From: a virus
Length of the DNA: 64,000 nt
IMG/VR virus record: IMGVR_UViG_3300020045_008546
Span: 1-64,000 of that record
Strand: one strand, 5' to 3'
The position numbers were made by a program, and so were the translations under genes. The stretch's first letter is position 1. The number at the start of each line of letters is the position of its first letter. This document shows positions 52,238 through 63,661 of this stretch, one piece after another. Under the pieces are notes generated by a model. The model was not told the origin of the DNA and did not search any database. It saw only the letters and a list, made by a program, of their open reading frames with translations.

Positions 52238-55200
52238 ATGAAAATACATAGCGAAACAAATACAATAACAGATGTATCAGAATCTAACGGATGGTATAGT
52301 GTTAGATGTGGCTCAATGGGAACAGGCGTTAATAGCAAATACGGAGTAGTGCCAAAGGTTGGAGATATTATGACAGTTCATAGTACTACTATGTTTGGAA
52401 CGATCAGAGGCATTGAAATTAACGGTAAGATGTTATTCTTTAAAAGTGATCAAGAACTAGAAGATCACAGAAAAAAAGAACTAGCTAAATACGAACAAAA
52501 GAAAATTGATGACTTCGCTAAGAATAAATCAAAACTAGATTCTGAATATGAATCTTTACCACAAGTATTTAAGGATAGAATTGATAGATTTAGAACTAAC
52601 AATCCTAATTTCAGGGTAGAATTTGAATCTTACGAATTATTTTGCTGTACAGAGGCGGTTAAGATAGCGGAAACATTAAAAACAGTTGAGGAAGTTAAAT
52701 TATTTTGGAATGCTGATTGGGATAAACAAATGAAATTAGTTCCAATGCTAAATGAAGGTCATAGTGGCAATACTTTTGGGTGCGCCTGTAAATTAGCTGT
52801 TCTATATTTAGAATCACCTGAATTAGTTGCTAGAATACATGGTAGTTTATCACCATTAGTAGGATCGGAAGCATTTGGAGATATTAAAACAAACTAACCA
52901 ATGAAAGACCTAAAACAACTAGTAATAGAAGAGGCGACAAACATTAAACTTTACGCCACTGAAAAGGAGATTGATAATTTGGATATAGGCACTTTCGATG
53001 CGGAAAATGGGAATCGATGTATTTATGGACAAATGGTTGGAAATTGTTTTTCTTATGAAGCAAATTTATTATTAAATAAATGCACTAAACCTTATTCAAG
53101 AGAGCTTCATGTAGTGACAAGTCCAATTAACGATGAGTTTATAAATAATAGATCAGAATTCTCACCAATAGAATACTATATTTTACAACCAAAATCTAAA
53201 AACAAAACACTAATTGACTTCATTAAAGGAGATATTCAAGAGTTAACCGTAGATATGTTATGAAACCAAAAATAGGAGATAAAATATATATTCCTTCTGC
53301 TTTTTATATTTCAAGAGGCGAAGATGATGTTAAAGGAGGATTGGCTACAATAAGTATAATTAAAGAATCTGATTTCTTGGCGAAAGACCATTATAATTAC
53401 TTAATGATAGGCGTTAGGGGATTTGAAGGAACATTGTATAATTATCGTCATTTAATGGAAAAGCAAGATAAATTAAGAGAACAATTTGGAGAAGAACTAG
53501 CGGCTCACGATCCAGATATTAATACGCCTTGGATTCAATCAGGAGATATAGTTAATGGAAGTATTTATAATGGTCAAGACGTTTGGTAGCTATGGAACAA
53601 GAAACACAATTCAACAAGGCGGTTATAGTAAAAATGGATAGCCTTTATGTAACAGATGATTTATCTTATAGTAGAGATATTCTCAAAGCAAAAGTCTTTA
53701 ACATTAAAGATGCTAAAAGATTTGTTAAGACTAATAATGTTGGTGTAGTTAAAATCCTAAACCAATACGAATACAACAATATAATCTTAGATAGAATCGA
53801 AGAGTTAAAAGGTAAACTGTTAATACTGAAATAATGGGATTAAAAATAGTAAGTTTTCAAACCGCATTAGAAGCGAGAAACAAGGGATTTGTAGAAGGTA
53901 GTAATTATTATTACGACATATACACCGAAGAGTTAATAGATAATGGTAAAGCTATTTTTATTAATGGATTAGATGGACGTTTAGTTGAAGCACCTTATCA
54001 GGCGTTATTAACTCAATGGATAAGGGAAAAACAAAATTTACATATATCTGTAAAATACATGTCAGATGAAGTTGAAAATAATTACGAGGTAGATGTTTAT
54101 ATATCCTATAATAATTATCATGGATCAATACATAAAGAAATTTACGCCACTTACGAAGAAGCATTAGAAGGGGGTTTAATTAAAGGATTGGAACTAATAA
54201 AATAAACCAAATAACATTTGTATATTAAAATAATATATTGTACATTTATGTCATCCTAACAATGGGGTGATTAAACAAAAGAAATATGAATAACAGTAAA
54301 GTAGATTTCAATAAAATTTATCAATACATTCCTTTTTGTTTAAAGTCTGGTCAAAGTGCACTAGCTTTTGGTTTAGAAGATCCGCTAATAAAGATTGTTG
54401 ATAACTATAACGTAATGAATTTTGTTGAAGGAAATACTTCTGCTAAAATTATATTATATCCAATATCTGATTTAAATAATAAAATATTTTCAAACAAAGA
54501 ATCCTTTATTCCATTAAATAGGCTAAATGATATTATTACTTTGGGGGATACTGATATTTACAAATTAAATAGTTTTATTAAATCGCCTTGGACTTATTAT
54601 TTTCTACCTCACTTGATTATAGAAAAATTATTTGAATGGAAGTTTGATATTTACTCTTTGATTGAAAATGATTTAGCTATTGATGTTAATACACTTAAAG
54701 ATAATCCTTACAAATGAAAACGCTAGCATATTTTTTAAATAAAGTTTCATTGGAAAAACACGGTAATAATTGGTGGTTTATTATTAGTCATTTATCTCCC
54801 GAAATTATGCAACCTATAATTGATGAGGCATGTAATAGATATACAATGCAATGTTGTGAATTTTTAAGACAAAGATGTGCTGATAATGCTACTACTTGTA
54901 AGTTAGAAAGTAAAACTAAGGATATTACAATAGTTAATTTGGATTCTATTTTAAACACTGAAATTATACTGCCGTAATATGAGCTACAACATAACAACTT
55001 GGAAAACAAAAAAGATTGATGGATTAAGAATACCTATTGATTGCTTTAACGGTAAAAAACATAAACATTACCAACAAGAAGTAACGATTAATAACAGTCA
55101 TGTAATTATAGAAGCCGGTGAAGGTAAAATTGAAGGATACTTACAGATTGATGATGCGGTTTATATTACAGATATAAGTATATGTGGTGAAACTTCTGGC

Positions 55201-56327
55201 ACATTCTTTCGTGAAATATTTTATAACGCCTTAGAATCAGCAGAAGGAACTATGGAAGCTGTTTTAATTTGGGAAGGCGGTGATAATATTACAAGATTAG
55301 TAGTTAGTGAAGATGAATATTCAAACGAAGAAATAGAATTATGAATTATAAGAAAAAGTATCAAATAGCATTAGTATGTATTATATTATATCAGGCAGCT
55401 ATATTAGTCAATGAAAATAGTTTGATGTTCACTAAGATAATTAATTTCATATCCTTAGTTATAAATGTAGGCGTATTAATTTCAACTTTTGATAATAAAT
55501 GAAACTATCAGAAAAAACAAAAGAACTTATCACAACGACATTAATTATAATCGCCTGTATAATTACCATTGTTCTTATCTTAGGATTGGTTGTTGGATAT
55601 TATTATTTCTTGTCGGAGTTTATATTGAAATGTTTAAATATTATCTTTAATCACAAATAAAAATGAGTAATTCGAGTAAATTTTGGGGTGTAATTGGTTT
55701 AATTGCAATGCTGTATGGTAATTATTTAATATATAATTTCATATCTTCTACCGATAAAGACAGAGTAGATAAGCAATATTGCGGGAAAGTAGTTAAAAAA
55801 TCAGATGAGGAAGTAACAATTAAACATGGAAGTAGAACTGACCTATATCTTATAGTTGAATTTGATCAGATAGGATTGAGATCAATAGAAGTAGAGCCAA
55901 ATACTTATTTTACACATAATAAAGGCGATAGGGTTTGTTTTGGATTAAACAATTACGACTTAAACGGCAGAAAGCAAATGACTTTCAAAGAAAGTGCGCT
56001 AGATTTATTAAAGTTTCTATTCATGTTTCTAATTGGAATAGCAAATATAGTATTGATATTTATAAGTATTGGATTGTCTATTGAAGCACTTAATAAAAAA
56101 TTAGACGGGAAATGAATTTAAGATGTAATTGTGGTAATGAATTGCCAGATTCTGACATTGAATTTGGCGGTGAAAGTTGTAATGATGAAGGCGAATCTTA
56201 CTATGTAGCTACTGTATATTGTGAAAAGTGTAACATATCACACGAGATTAGCGATTGGGGAGAATATGAAGATATAGATCATGTTAAAGAAGAATTCGTT
56301 TATAAAACTTATTTAACGCTTGGTTGA
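52238..56327 (+). CDS. Block of about ten hypothetical genes
   Basis: Packed plus-strand ORFs; 54714-54977 is a paralog of 38566-38829 (RQRCxDN...DSILNxEIxLP). Confidence 0.7.
54218..54280 (+). promoter_or_regulatory. Conserved phage promoter plus 5' hairpin, copy 3
   Basis: TTGTATATTAAAATAATATA, TACATTTA, GTCATCCT AACAAT GGGGTGAT, AAACAAAA. Confidence 0.7.
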
Positions 56328-56424
56328 AAGAAAATGAATTTTAGGAGGAAGTATTCAAATGACTATCTGTTTTTAACGGGTAGTTATTTTTTTGTAACTT
56401 TACCTTATCATAAAACTACCAACA

Positions 56425-59073
56425 ATGAAAAAGTATTTAATCGCTTTACTTCTTTTATCTTCGTATATAGGGTATAGTCAAACAGTCTCTTCTTTACCTT
56501 CTAATCTTGGTTCGTTAGTTCTGTTTAGAGATAATCCGGTTACTTTAAAAGCTGTGTTCCCTTCTGGTTATTTATCCAGTTCAACTGTTTCGTCGGACGT
56601 GTATCAAATAACCGGAATCTCTGGAACCAAGATAGCTTCAATAATACCTACTACATCTAAATCAGGCGATACAATTAAAGTTTCACTTACCACTTCACAA
56701 GTAGGTAGATTAGCTAGTATTTCAGGATCAATAGGATTGTTTATTAAGATTAATACCACTTACGTATTAGGTTCAACAATTACCGTTAGGGTAGGTTCAG
56801 GAAATGCTAATACTACGCCTTTTACAGTTAACTTACCTGAAATAGGTATTGTTAAAATTAATTTAGTTGGTGATGTAGGTTCTGCTTTAAGATATGCCCA
56901 TTTAGCTGATTCATTAGCAACAATAGCAAAAACAGCTAGTACTAATGCACAATCTAATGCTTCAATAAGTATAGCAGCAAAGGATAGTGCAAGAATTTAC
57001 GCCTTATCAACAGCTAATAAAAAGGTTTATACATCCGAAACATTAACTAATTTACGATCATTAGCACCAACAGATACTAATTTAGTATACATTCTTTCGG
57101 ATAAGCTAAGATACGGACAATTTAAATACGATCCATTAGACGTTAGTTCATTAGATAATGGCGGTACTATAATCGTAACATCAGGCGGTAAAAGATTTAA
57201 AAGAATTATTCAGGGAACAGAATTAAGACCTGAATGGTTTGGCGCGAAAGTAGATGATGAAGTAGATGATGCACCTGCAATACAAGCTATGTTTAATGCA
57301 GTTTCACCGTCAGGAGCGATACTATTATTTTCATCAGGTATTTATTATGTAGGATCAGAATTAACCTTTAAATCACAAACAACAGCACCGGCATATAATT
57401 ACAAGATTTCTTTACGTGGTGCAGGGGTAGGGCGAACACAGATATTTGGCAAAGTAGGCTTTACTGGCAATATGTTTGAACTTAACACCGGAACAGATTC
57501 AGGAACATCAAAAGATTTATACATTACTATTCAGGATATAGAATTCAGGGCTAACACAGCAAGCAAGATTATAAACGCTACTGAAATAACAAGCGTTAAG
57601 ATTTATAATAGCATGTTTTTCGGTGGTCAGGATGTAGGTATTCAGGTAGGCAATCCCGGAGGTATAGGGGGTTATTCTGTTTATATGTACAATAACTACC
57701 ATAACGGACAAAGATACGGTAACGGTCAAAATAACGGGCTTATGAGGTTTAATAACATGCGCTTCGCAGTTATAGATGGAATGGAATCAGACGGGGGTAA
57801 ATATGGCGTTGAATTCCTTGGATCTTCTGATAAAAACATTGTTATTAATTCCAAGATAGAAGGGACTAAAAGAGCAGGTATATTATTCGATAATACAAAT
57901 GGAAGCGGAGGAGGTGAAAACAAGATCATTAATACAATGATTAACCCATATGCAGGAACAGAAGCACAAGGATTATTTGATGGTCAAATTAATTGCATTG
58001 AGATTAACTCGCAAGGCGGGGGAAATATCGAGAATATAATCACAGGAAATACTTTATACGCCCCTAGATTAACAAGCTTACCTAATGTATTTATTGTTAA
58101 CAGTGAATCAGGAACATTTACACCGGGAGCAGGAGTAGAAGTATTAGGCTTAACATCAGGCGCACAAGGTCACATGGAAGGATTTAACACATCAGCACAT
58201 AGAATGCTTGTAACAACTTATTCAGGCACATTTACAGTAGGCGAAACAATAAGACAAGTTAGCAATTCAGTTACAGCAGTTATAGCATCAGAAACACCTC
58301 GTATTAGCTCAGGAATAAAACTTTCAGGAGGCGGTGGAACTAATATTATAAACGGTAACAACATCAGCGGATTACCTGTTTACGGAATTTATAACGAACA
58401 GAATGACAATGTTATTTCTAACAATACTATTCTAGCTAATACAGGACTTTACGCCAGTCATACAGGTAGAATTCAGGTAACTAATAACTTCTTTTACAGC
58501 GCATCAGGAACAGGAATAAACAGGGCTAATATAGGTGAAATAATAAACACTTCTAACAGCTTTGTTGACGCAACTAATATAAACACCTCAGACTATTATT
58601 TAAAGTCCACAGGAGGCACGGTAACAGGAGCAACAGTACTAAGTGGAACTACTAATACAATAACAGGATTAAGAACCACAGGAGACTTTTTACCAACTAC
58701 TGATCAGAATACTAATGCAGGATCTGACGCGGCTAGATATTTATCAATGTATGGTATTTATTTTAACGGTGACGCTTTTATAGCAAGAACAACATCAGGA
58801 ATGAGTGTTCAAACATCAGACTTAAATACACGCGCTCAATTCGCTAATGATGGAAGTTTAATTATTCAACCCGGAAGTGGTAGTTTTAGCTCTATTGCCT
58901 CAGCAGCTTTGCAGGTTAATAGTACTTCAAAAGGCGCGTTATTACCCCGAATGACAACAACACAAAGAGACGCTATAAGTTCACCAGCAGAAGGAATTGA
59001 AATATACAATATCACTGTTCATAATAAGCAATTTTACAACGGTACAGTTTGGAAGACAGTAGTTACGGATTAA
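56425..59073 (+). CDS. Tailspike-like beta-helix (pectate-lyase-like) depolymerase with signal peptide
   Basis: DNGGTIIV...PEWFGAKVDDEVDDAPAIQA motif; Asn/Gly beta-helix repeats; C-terminal KGALLPRMTTTQRDAI. Confidence 0.8.
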   Translation: MKKYLIALLLLSSYIGYSQTVSSLPSNLGSLVLFRDNPVTLKAVFPSGYLSSSTVSSDVYQITGISGTKIASIIPTTSKSGDTIKVSLTTSQVGRLASISGSIGLFIKINTTYVLGSTITVRVGSGNANTTPFTVNLPEIGIVKINLVGDVGSALRYAHLADSLATIAKTASTNAQSNASISIAAKDSARIYALSTANKKVYTSETLTNLRSLAPTDTNLVYILSDKLRYGQFKYDPLDVSSLDNGGTIIVTSGGKRFKRIIQGTELRPEWFGAKVDDEVDDAPAIQAMFNAVSPSGAILLFSSGIYYVGSELTFKSQTTAPAYNYKISLRGAGVGRTQIFGKVGFTGNMFELNTGTDSGTSKDLYITIQDIEFRANTASKIINATEITSVKIYNSMFFGGQDVGIQVGNPGGIGGYSVYMYNNYHNGQRYGNGQNNGLMRFNNMRFAVIDGMESDGGKYGVEFLGSSDKNIVINSKIEGTKRAGILFDNTNGSGGGENKIINTMINPYAGTEAQGLFDGQINCIEINSQGGGNIENIITGNTLYAPRLTSLPNVFIVNSESGTFTPGAGVEVLGLTSGAQGHMEGFNTSAHRMLVTTYSGTFTVGETIRQVSNSVTAVIASETPRISSGIKLSGGGGTNIINGNNISGLPVYGIYNEQNDNVISNNTILANTGLYASHTGRIQVTNNFFYSASGTGINRANIGEIINTSNSFVDATNINTSDYYLKSTGGTVTGATVLSGTTNTITGLRTTGDFLPTTDQNTNAGSDAARYLSMYGIYFNGDAFIARTTSGMSVQTSDLNTRAQFANDGSLIIQPGSGSFSSIASAALQVNSTSKGALLPRMTTTQRDAISSPAEGIEIYNITVHNKQFYNGTVWKTVVTD

Positions 59074-59093
59074 GTTTGGTTTGATGATAGTTT

Positions 59094-59126
59094 AAATTCC
59101 CGTAAGATATATTCCTACGGGAATTT
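59094..59126. terminator. Bidirectional terminator
   Basis: AAATTCCCGTA...TACGGGAATTT between convergent genes. Confidence 0.8.
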
Positions 59127-59130
59127 TATT

Positions 59131-59862
59131 TTAAACTAATGTCTCAGACACAATAGCATAAATCTTATCAATATGCCCTAGTCTTTCTGCTAATTCAAGA
59201 TTAGATTCTCTTTTCTTCTTCATGCAGGCATTTAAGTTAACACCATATCTATAATATAGTTTCTCATAAATAGAACGCCATACACTTTGTTGATCCAATC
59301 CCTTTGCGCCGCAATATTGATTAACTATTTGTCTAATGTTAGCTCGTTTAGTTAAATCAGGAACTTTATCAGTAGACCTTTCGACACTTAACAATAATTT
59401 AGTTGCCTCAGCCTTTTCTTTTTTGTTGTCCTCAATATACTTTTCAATATTACTAACCGATTCTTTTAATAAACCAATTTGCTTTTCCTGATCGGCCAAC
59501 ACCTGAGCACTTTGAAGAATTAATTCAATTTGACTTAATGGCTTAGGTTGTTCAAAAACTACTTTATTAGCCTTTTCTAGCTCAATAAAATAAAGCCTAA
59601 CGATCTTTCCACGTTCTGTTCTTTGTAGCATGGATATTTCTTTTGCCATGTCTATTATAATAGCATAATCAACTCCATCTCTTCCTCCTGAGCTTTTCAC
59701 CCGAATAGGGGTAAAGTCTAAACCCTCTTCAAATCCATATTTAAACATTGATTTAGCCCATGAACTAAAATCTTTTCTAACGCCTAATGATTCATGTAAA
59801 TTCTTTAAACTTACAATATCAACACCGTTTTCATTTTTTACTACTTTAACTATTTCTTCCAT
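59131..59862 (-). CDS. AntA/AntB-family antirepressor
   Basis: LHESLGVRKDFSSW...YGFEEGLDF...DMAKEISMLQRTERGKIVRLYFIELEK. Confidence 0.9.
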   Translation of the reverse strand: MEEIVKVVKNENGVDIVSLKNLHESLGVRKDFSSWAKSMFKYGFEEGLDFTPIRVKSSGGRDGVDYAIIIDMAKEISMLQRTERGKIVRLYFIELEKANKVVFEQPKPLSQIELILQSAQVLADQEKQIGLLKESVSNIEKYIEDNKKEKAEATKLLLSVERSTDKVPDLTKRANIRQIVNQYCGAKGLDQQSVWRSIYEKLYYRYGVNLNACMKKKRESNLELAERLGHIDKIYAIVSETLV

Positions 59863-59985
59863 AATTGTAAAATAAGAAATCCCAACTAACTAAAAGGCTG
59901 CAACCTCTTTCGTCAATCGGGATTAATATAATTTTGGTTATCTGTTGCAGCAGATTTATCTATACACAAATATAGTAAAATTAAC

Positions 59986-60672
59986 TTAACTTTCCAAAGT
60001 ATTTTTTGACCTAATAAAACCAATAGAAACGATAATCATTAACACTATTTCAAAATAATAAGGTATATGACAAACAAAATAAAGTGCCTCATGATTATCC
60101 CAAGTAAAATACATATTATATAAAGCACTCGTGAACATTGAAGAGCAATTATAGGCTAGTAATCCACAGACTATACAAAAATGGCTTGAACGCGTTAATT
60201 CGGCCAAATAAACCTCTTCTATTAACTCATATAAAAACAAAAAGCAATACGAACATATTATTATACATTTAATAGGTGAAGCATATAAAACAAATTTAAT
60301 ATCACTAGAAGTTAAAGAATCTAAATTGCAAATAGCTAAATCTATAAAAAATATAATAGTAAAAATAACACCACAATATTTAATATACTTTTTATATCCC
60401 AAATCAAAAAATACATTGTAAAAATAATATGACACTATCCAGAAGCTAACTATTAACCATAAATTATTATAAGCTATATTGTTAATTCTATTAGCTGAAT
60501 ATATATCTGTTATAATATCTATAATTAATTTAACTATTAAATAATAAAAGAAAATGCGTAAGGACTTTGATTCATCCCTACGCATTAACAATATTATTAT
60601 TGGGAATATTGTGGATATCAACACTCCAAAATGTAATGGATAATTTTGAAAGTATTGTATCTGTTTATCCAT
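59986..60672 (-). CDS. Multi-pass (about 7 TM) membrane protein of Bacteroidota type
   Basis: About seven hydrophobic segments; NNIAYNNLW and FCIVCGLLAY motifs. Confidence 0.75.
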   Translation of the reverse strand: MDKQIQYFQNYPLHFGVLISTIFPIIILLMRRDESKSLRIFFYYLIVKLIIDIITDIYSANRINNIAYNNLWLIVSFWIVSYYFYNVFFDLGYKKYIKYCGVIFTIIFFIDLAICNLDSLTSSDIKFVLYASPIKCIIICSYCFLFLYELIEEVYLAELTRSSHFCIVCGLLAYNCSSMFTSALYNMYFTWDNHEALYFVCHIPYYFEIVLMIIVSIGFIRSKNTLES

Positions 60673-60676
60673 ATAT

Positions 60677-60961
60677 TTACCTACAATCTGGTGGGCATGG
60701 GCTTCCTTCTGACATTGCTTTATAAGTCAATACGCCTGACTTGAATACCAATTCGATAACTGTTTTAGTTTTACCGTCAATTAGTCCATGCTTAATATTA
60801 ACACCATCTACGGTTGAAATATCAACTCCTGCGATAAGCTCCTTAATCGTATCTATACTAAAAAATTCACTCTCGATATACTTAGATCCCTTTTTAACTT
60901 TCCCTGCCCTATGTTTTTCAGTTATCTTATCAGCAGTCGCTTTGTCAATTAATTTACTCAT
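60677..60961 (-). CDS. Small protein with C-terminal PCPPDC motif
   Basis: SEFFSIDTIKELI...GVNI...SPCPPDCR. Confidence 0.75.
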   Translation of the reverse strand: MSKLIDKATADKITEKHRAGKVKKGSKYIESEFFSIDTIKELIAGVDISTVDGVNIKHGLIDGKTKTVIELVFKSGVLTYKAMSEGSPCPPDCR

Positions 60962-61134
60962 TATATCTGATGGTTTTATGTGTCTTCAAAACTACCAAAA
61001 ACTAGGTAATTTTAAAAACCGTTTAATCAATTTGAAAAAATAAATTGAAAATAATTGCAATTAAATTAGGCACTTAAATTAAATATACTTACATTTGAAT
61101 ATCGAAACGAATCGAGAAATAAACAAAATAGATT

Positions 61135-61320
61135 ATGTATATTTTAACTAATTAATTTGAGGATGAATTTATTAATTCAGGAGATGATGAAAATATGGAA
61201 GATTTCACGACAGATATTAATGATGCAATGAAATGGAGTGATGATCGAAATGCTATTCGCATGTCTGAGCTATTCACAAAAAGAACAGGTATTAAATTAA
61301 TTATAAAACAGATATTATGA
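61135..61320 (+). pseudogene. Small ORF interrupted by in-frame TAA at codon 7
   Basis: ATG TAT ATT TTA ACT AAT TAA TTT GAG...; frame stays open to TGA 61320; preceded by promoter TACATTTG (61090-61097). Confidence 0.5.
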
Positions 61321-61466
61321 AAGTAGGAAGGCCAAAAGGAATAAATAGTGTTCACAAGAGTTTTAATTTAGACAAGCAACATTTGGATTTCTGGAACTCA
61401 CAGCCAAACAAAAACCGAATGGTTAACAACGCGATTGAAAAACTTAAAAACGAAACTAAATTATGA
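61317..61466 (+). CDS. Small DNA-binding protein (49 aa, GRPKG plus RHH-like; not in ORF track)
   Basis: MKVGRPKGINSVHKSFNLDKQHLDFWNSQPNKNRMVNNAIEKL; ATGA-coupled on both sides. Confidence 0.55.
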   Translation: MKVGRPKGINSVHKSFNLDKQHLDFWNSQPNKNRMVNNAIEKLKNETKL

Positions 61467-63661
61467 TAGGCGAGATTGAATTAAAGAGAATAGGCGAAGG
61501 GTATAACGAGGTGTTTAATAAAATGCAAGAAGTTATTATCAAAAAGGATAAAGAGTTAATACTATCCAATCAAATGTATTTTAAATCAGCTACTTTAAAT
61601 ATTCAACTACTGGAATACATAACGCAAAATAAGCACATAAGCGAATTAACTAAAAGTGAAATAGCTGATATAGTAGCACTAAACAAATGAAAACAATCCA
61701 CAAAGCATTAGAATACGTAACACTAAATACTTCTCTTGAACAAAAAAGAGTAGGTGATTTATTGAAGTGGCATGTAGTTTTAGGTGAAATTAAAGGGCGA
61801 GTAATGGGTGTTAAAACTTTGTATAATTGCAATATTTATCCAGATATGTCTTTTAGTCATGAAAGAGAACTTTACATTGATATCAAAGAATCTGAATTTA
61901 TGGCGTATGTTATTGAGTTAAGTGATGGTAAAAGAGTTTATTCAACTATTTAAAAAAATAAAATTATGGGATGCGATATTCATGTATTTGTAGAGTACAA
62001 AGAAAAAAAAGGTGATTGGTGGCAAGGGTTTGGCTCTGAGATCCATTTAGATAGAAATTATTCAATGTTTAGTTTTATGTGTGATGGCGTAAGAAGTGAT
62101 CACGATAATGGATATAAGGCAAGAGGGTTGCCGGAAGACTTATCGCACAGAGCTAAGGATTCTAATTGGTTGTACATAACAGAAGAAAAAGATGAATGCA
62201 ATACAGCTACATTAGAAGAAGCTGTACGGTGGCATAGGGATGGCAAAGGAAGTATAATTAAATATGATACAAAAGGTGATCCACAATACGTTGAACATCC
62301 CGATTGGCATTCCCATTCTTGGCTAAATACTAAGGAATATGAAGATTGTTTAAATAAATCTGACCATATCACACCAGATTATAGAGCCATTTTAGCTTGC
62401 ATGAAATCATTTGAATCAGATAATTGTGAAGCAAGGTTAATATTTTGGTTTGATAATTAATCATGAGCGAAGAACTAAAAGAACTATTATCAACTCTAAA
62501 AGAAGAGCTAGTAAGAAAAACAGAAAACCTTGAAGAGACTAGATTAAGGTTAATAGAAGCTAATACTGTTATTTACGAGATAAGTAGATTAATGAATGAT
62601 GTTCATATACCAGATACAAAGTATTGTATTGAAGAAATTATTAAACAATATTTAACTAAACCGAAATGAGCATTATTAGCGAGATGATTGATGATAATAT
62701 AGAAATGAATAATAGATGTATTTCTTCTATGAAATCCTTAATCGATGGAATTGAAATTAGGGATAAAATTATTGAACAACAAGAAAAAATAATTGTCAAT
62801 CAAGATTTATTAATTAAGGAGCTGAAATTAAAAATAAATTCAAACCTATGAAAACAACTACAAGACCTTTAAATATGAGTGAATTGGGATCTGCTTTGCA
62901 TTTATCAGTATGCTCTTCAATGATGATAGATTTACTTGATAAGCTATCTTATACTAACATCTACAAGCATAAATTAAAGCTAGTAACTAAGGCGTTCTTA
63001 AAAGAAATAGAATTGCATCAAGAAGAAAACTTATGGAAATCATCAGTAGCTAATAGTAATATTGATACAGCTAACGAACAAATGCAAGGGTTAGTAGATT
63101 TCTTAGGCAACTTGTTTTTAATCGGTATAGCTTCTGAAAAGATTGATCCTGAAATACAGAAAAGTTTCTTTGAAAGAATAGATCAGGTTTGCGAAGAGTT
63201 TAATATACCTTTGGAGTTAAAGAGTGATGGAAGTATGCAATTTAGAGAACAGAAAGTTTTAATTGAAGAGGTATGAAATATTACTTTATTAGTTATACAG
63301 AAGTATACAGTGGCGGTAATGTTAGATTTAGAAACGCCTTTATTGAAGGTCATCCACTTAAATGGCTAGAAGACAAAAATGACCCTCGATACAATAGTAC
63401 TTATTTTTACACATTAATTAATTGGAAAACTATTCCAGAATCAGATTATAAATTTTACAGACAATGACAAATAGATACATTATATTAAATGAAAGTCAAT
63501 CTGCACATTGCTGTTTCACTCATTCAGTTATTGACACAAAAGAAGGAGTAGAAGATTATAGTAATAAAGAAACCATCTATTGGAAGAAATGCATAGCAGA
63601 AACATTCAGTCTTGAAGATGCAAAACTAATAGTTAACGCCTTAAATAATTTAGAACAATGA
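61463..63661 (+). CDS. Block of eight hypothetical genes, including an MGCDIH...FWFDN phage protein (61966-62460)
   Basis: Packed plus-strand ORFs. Confidence 0.7.
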
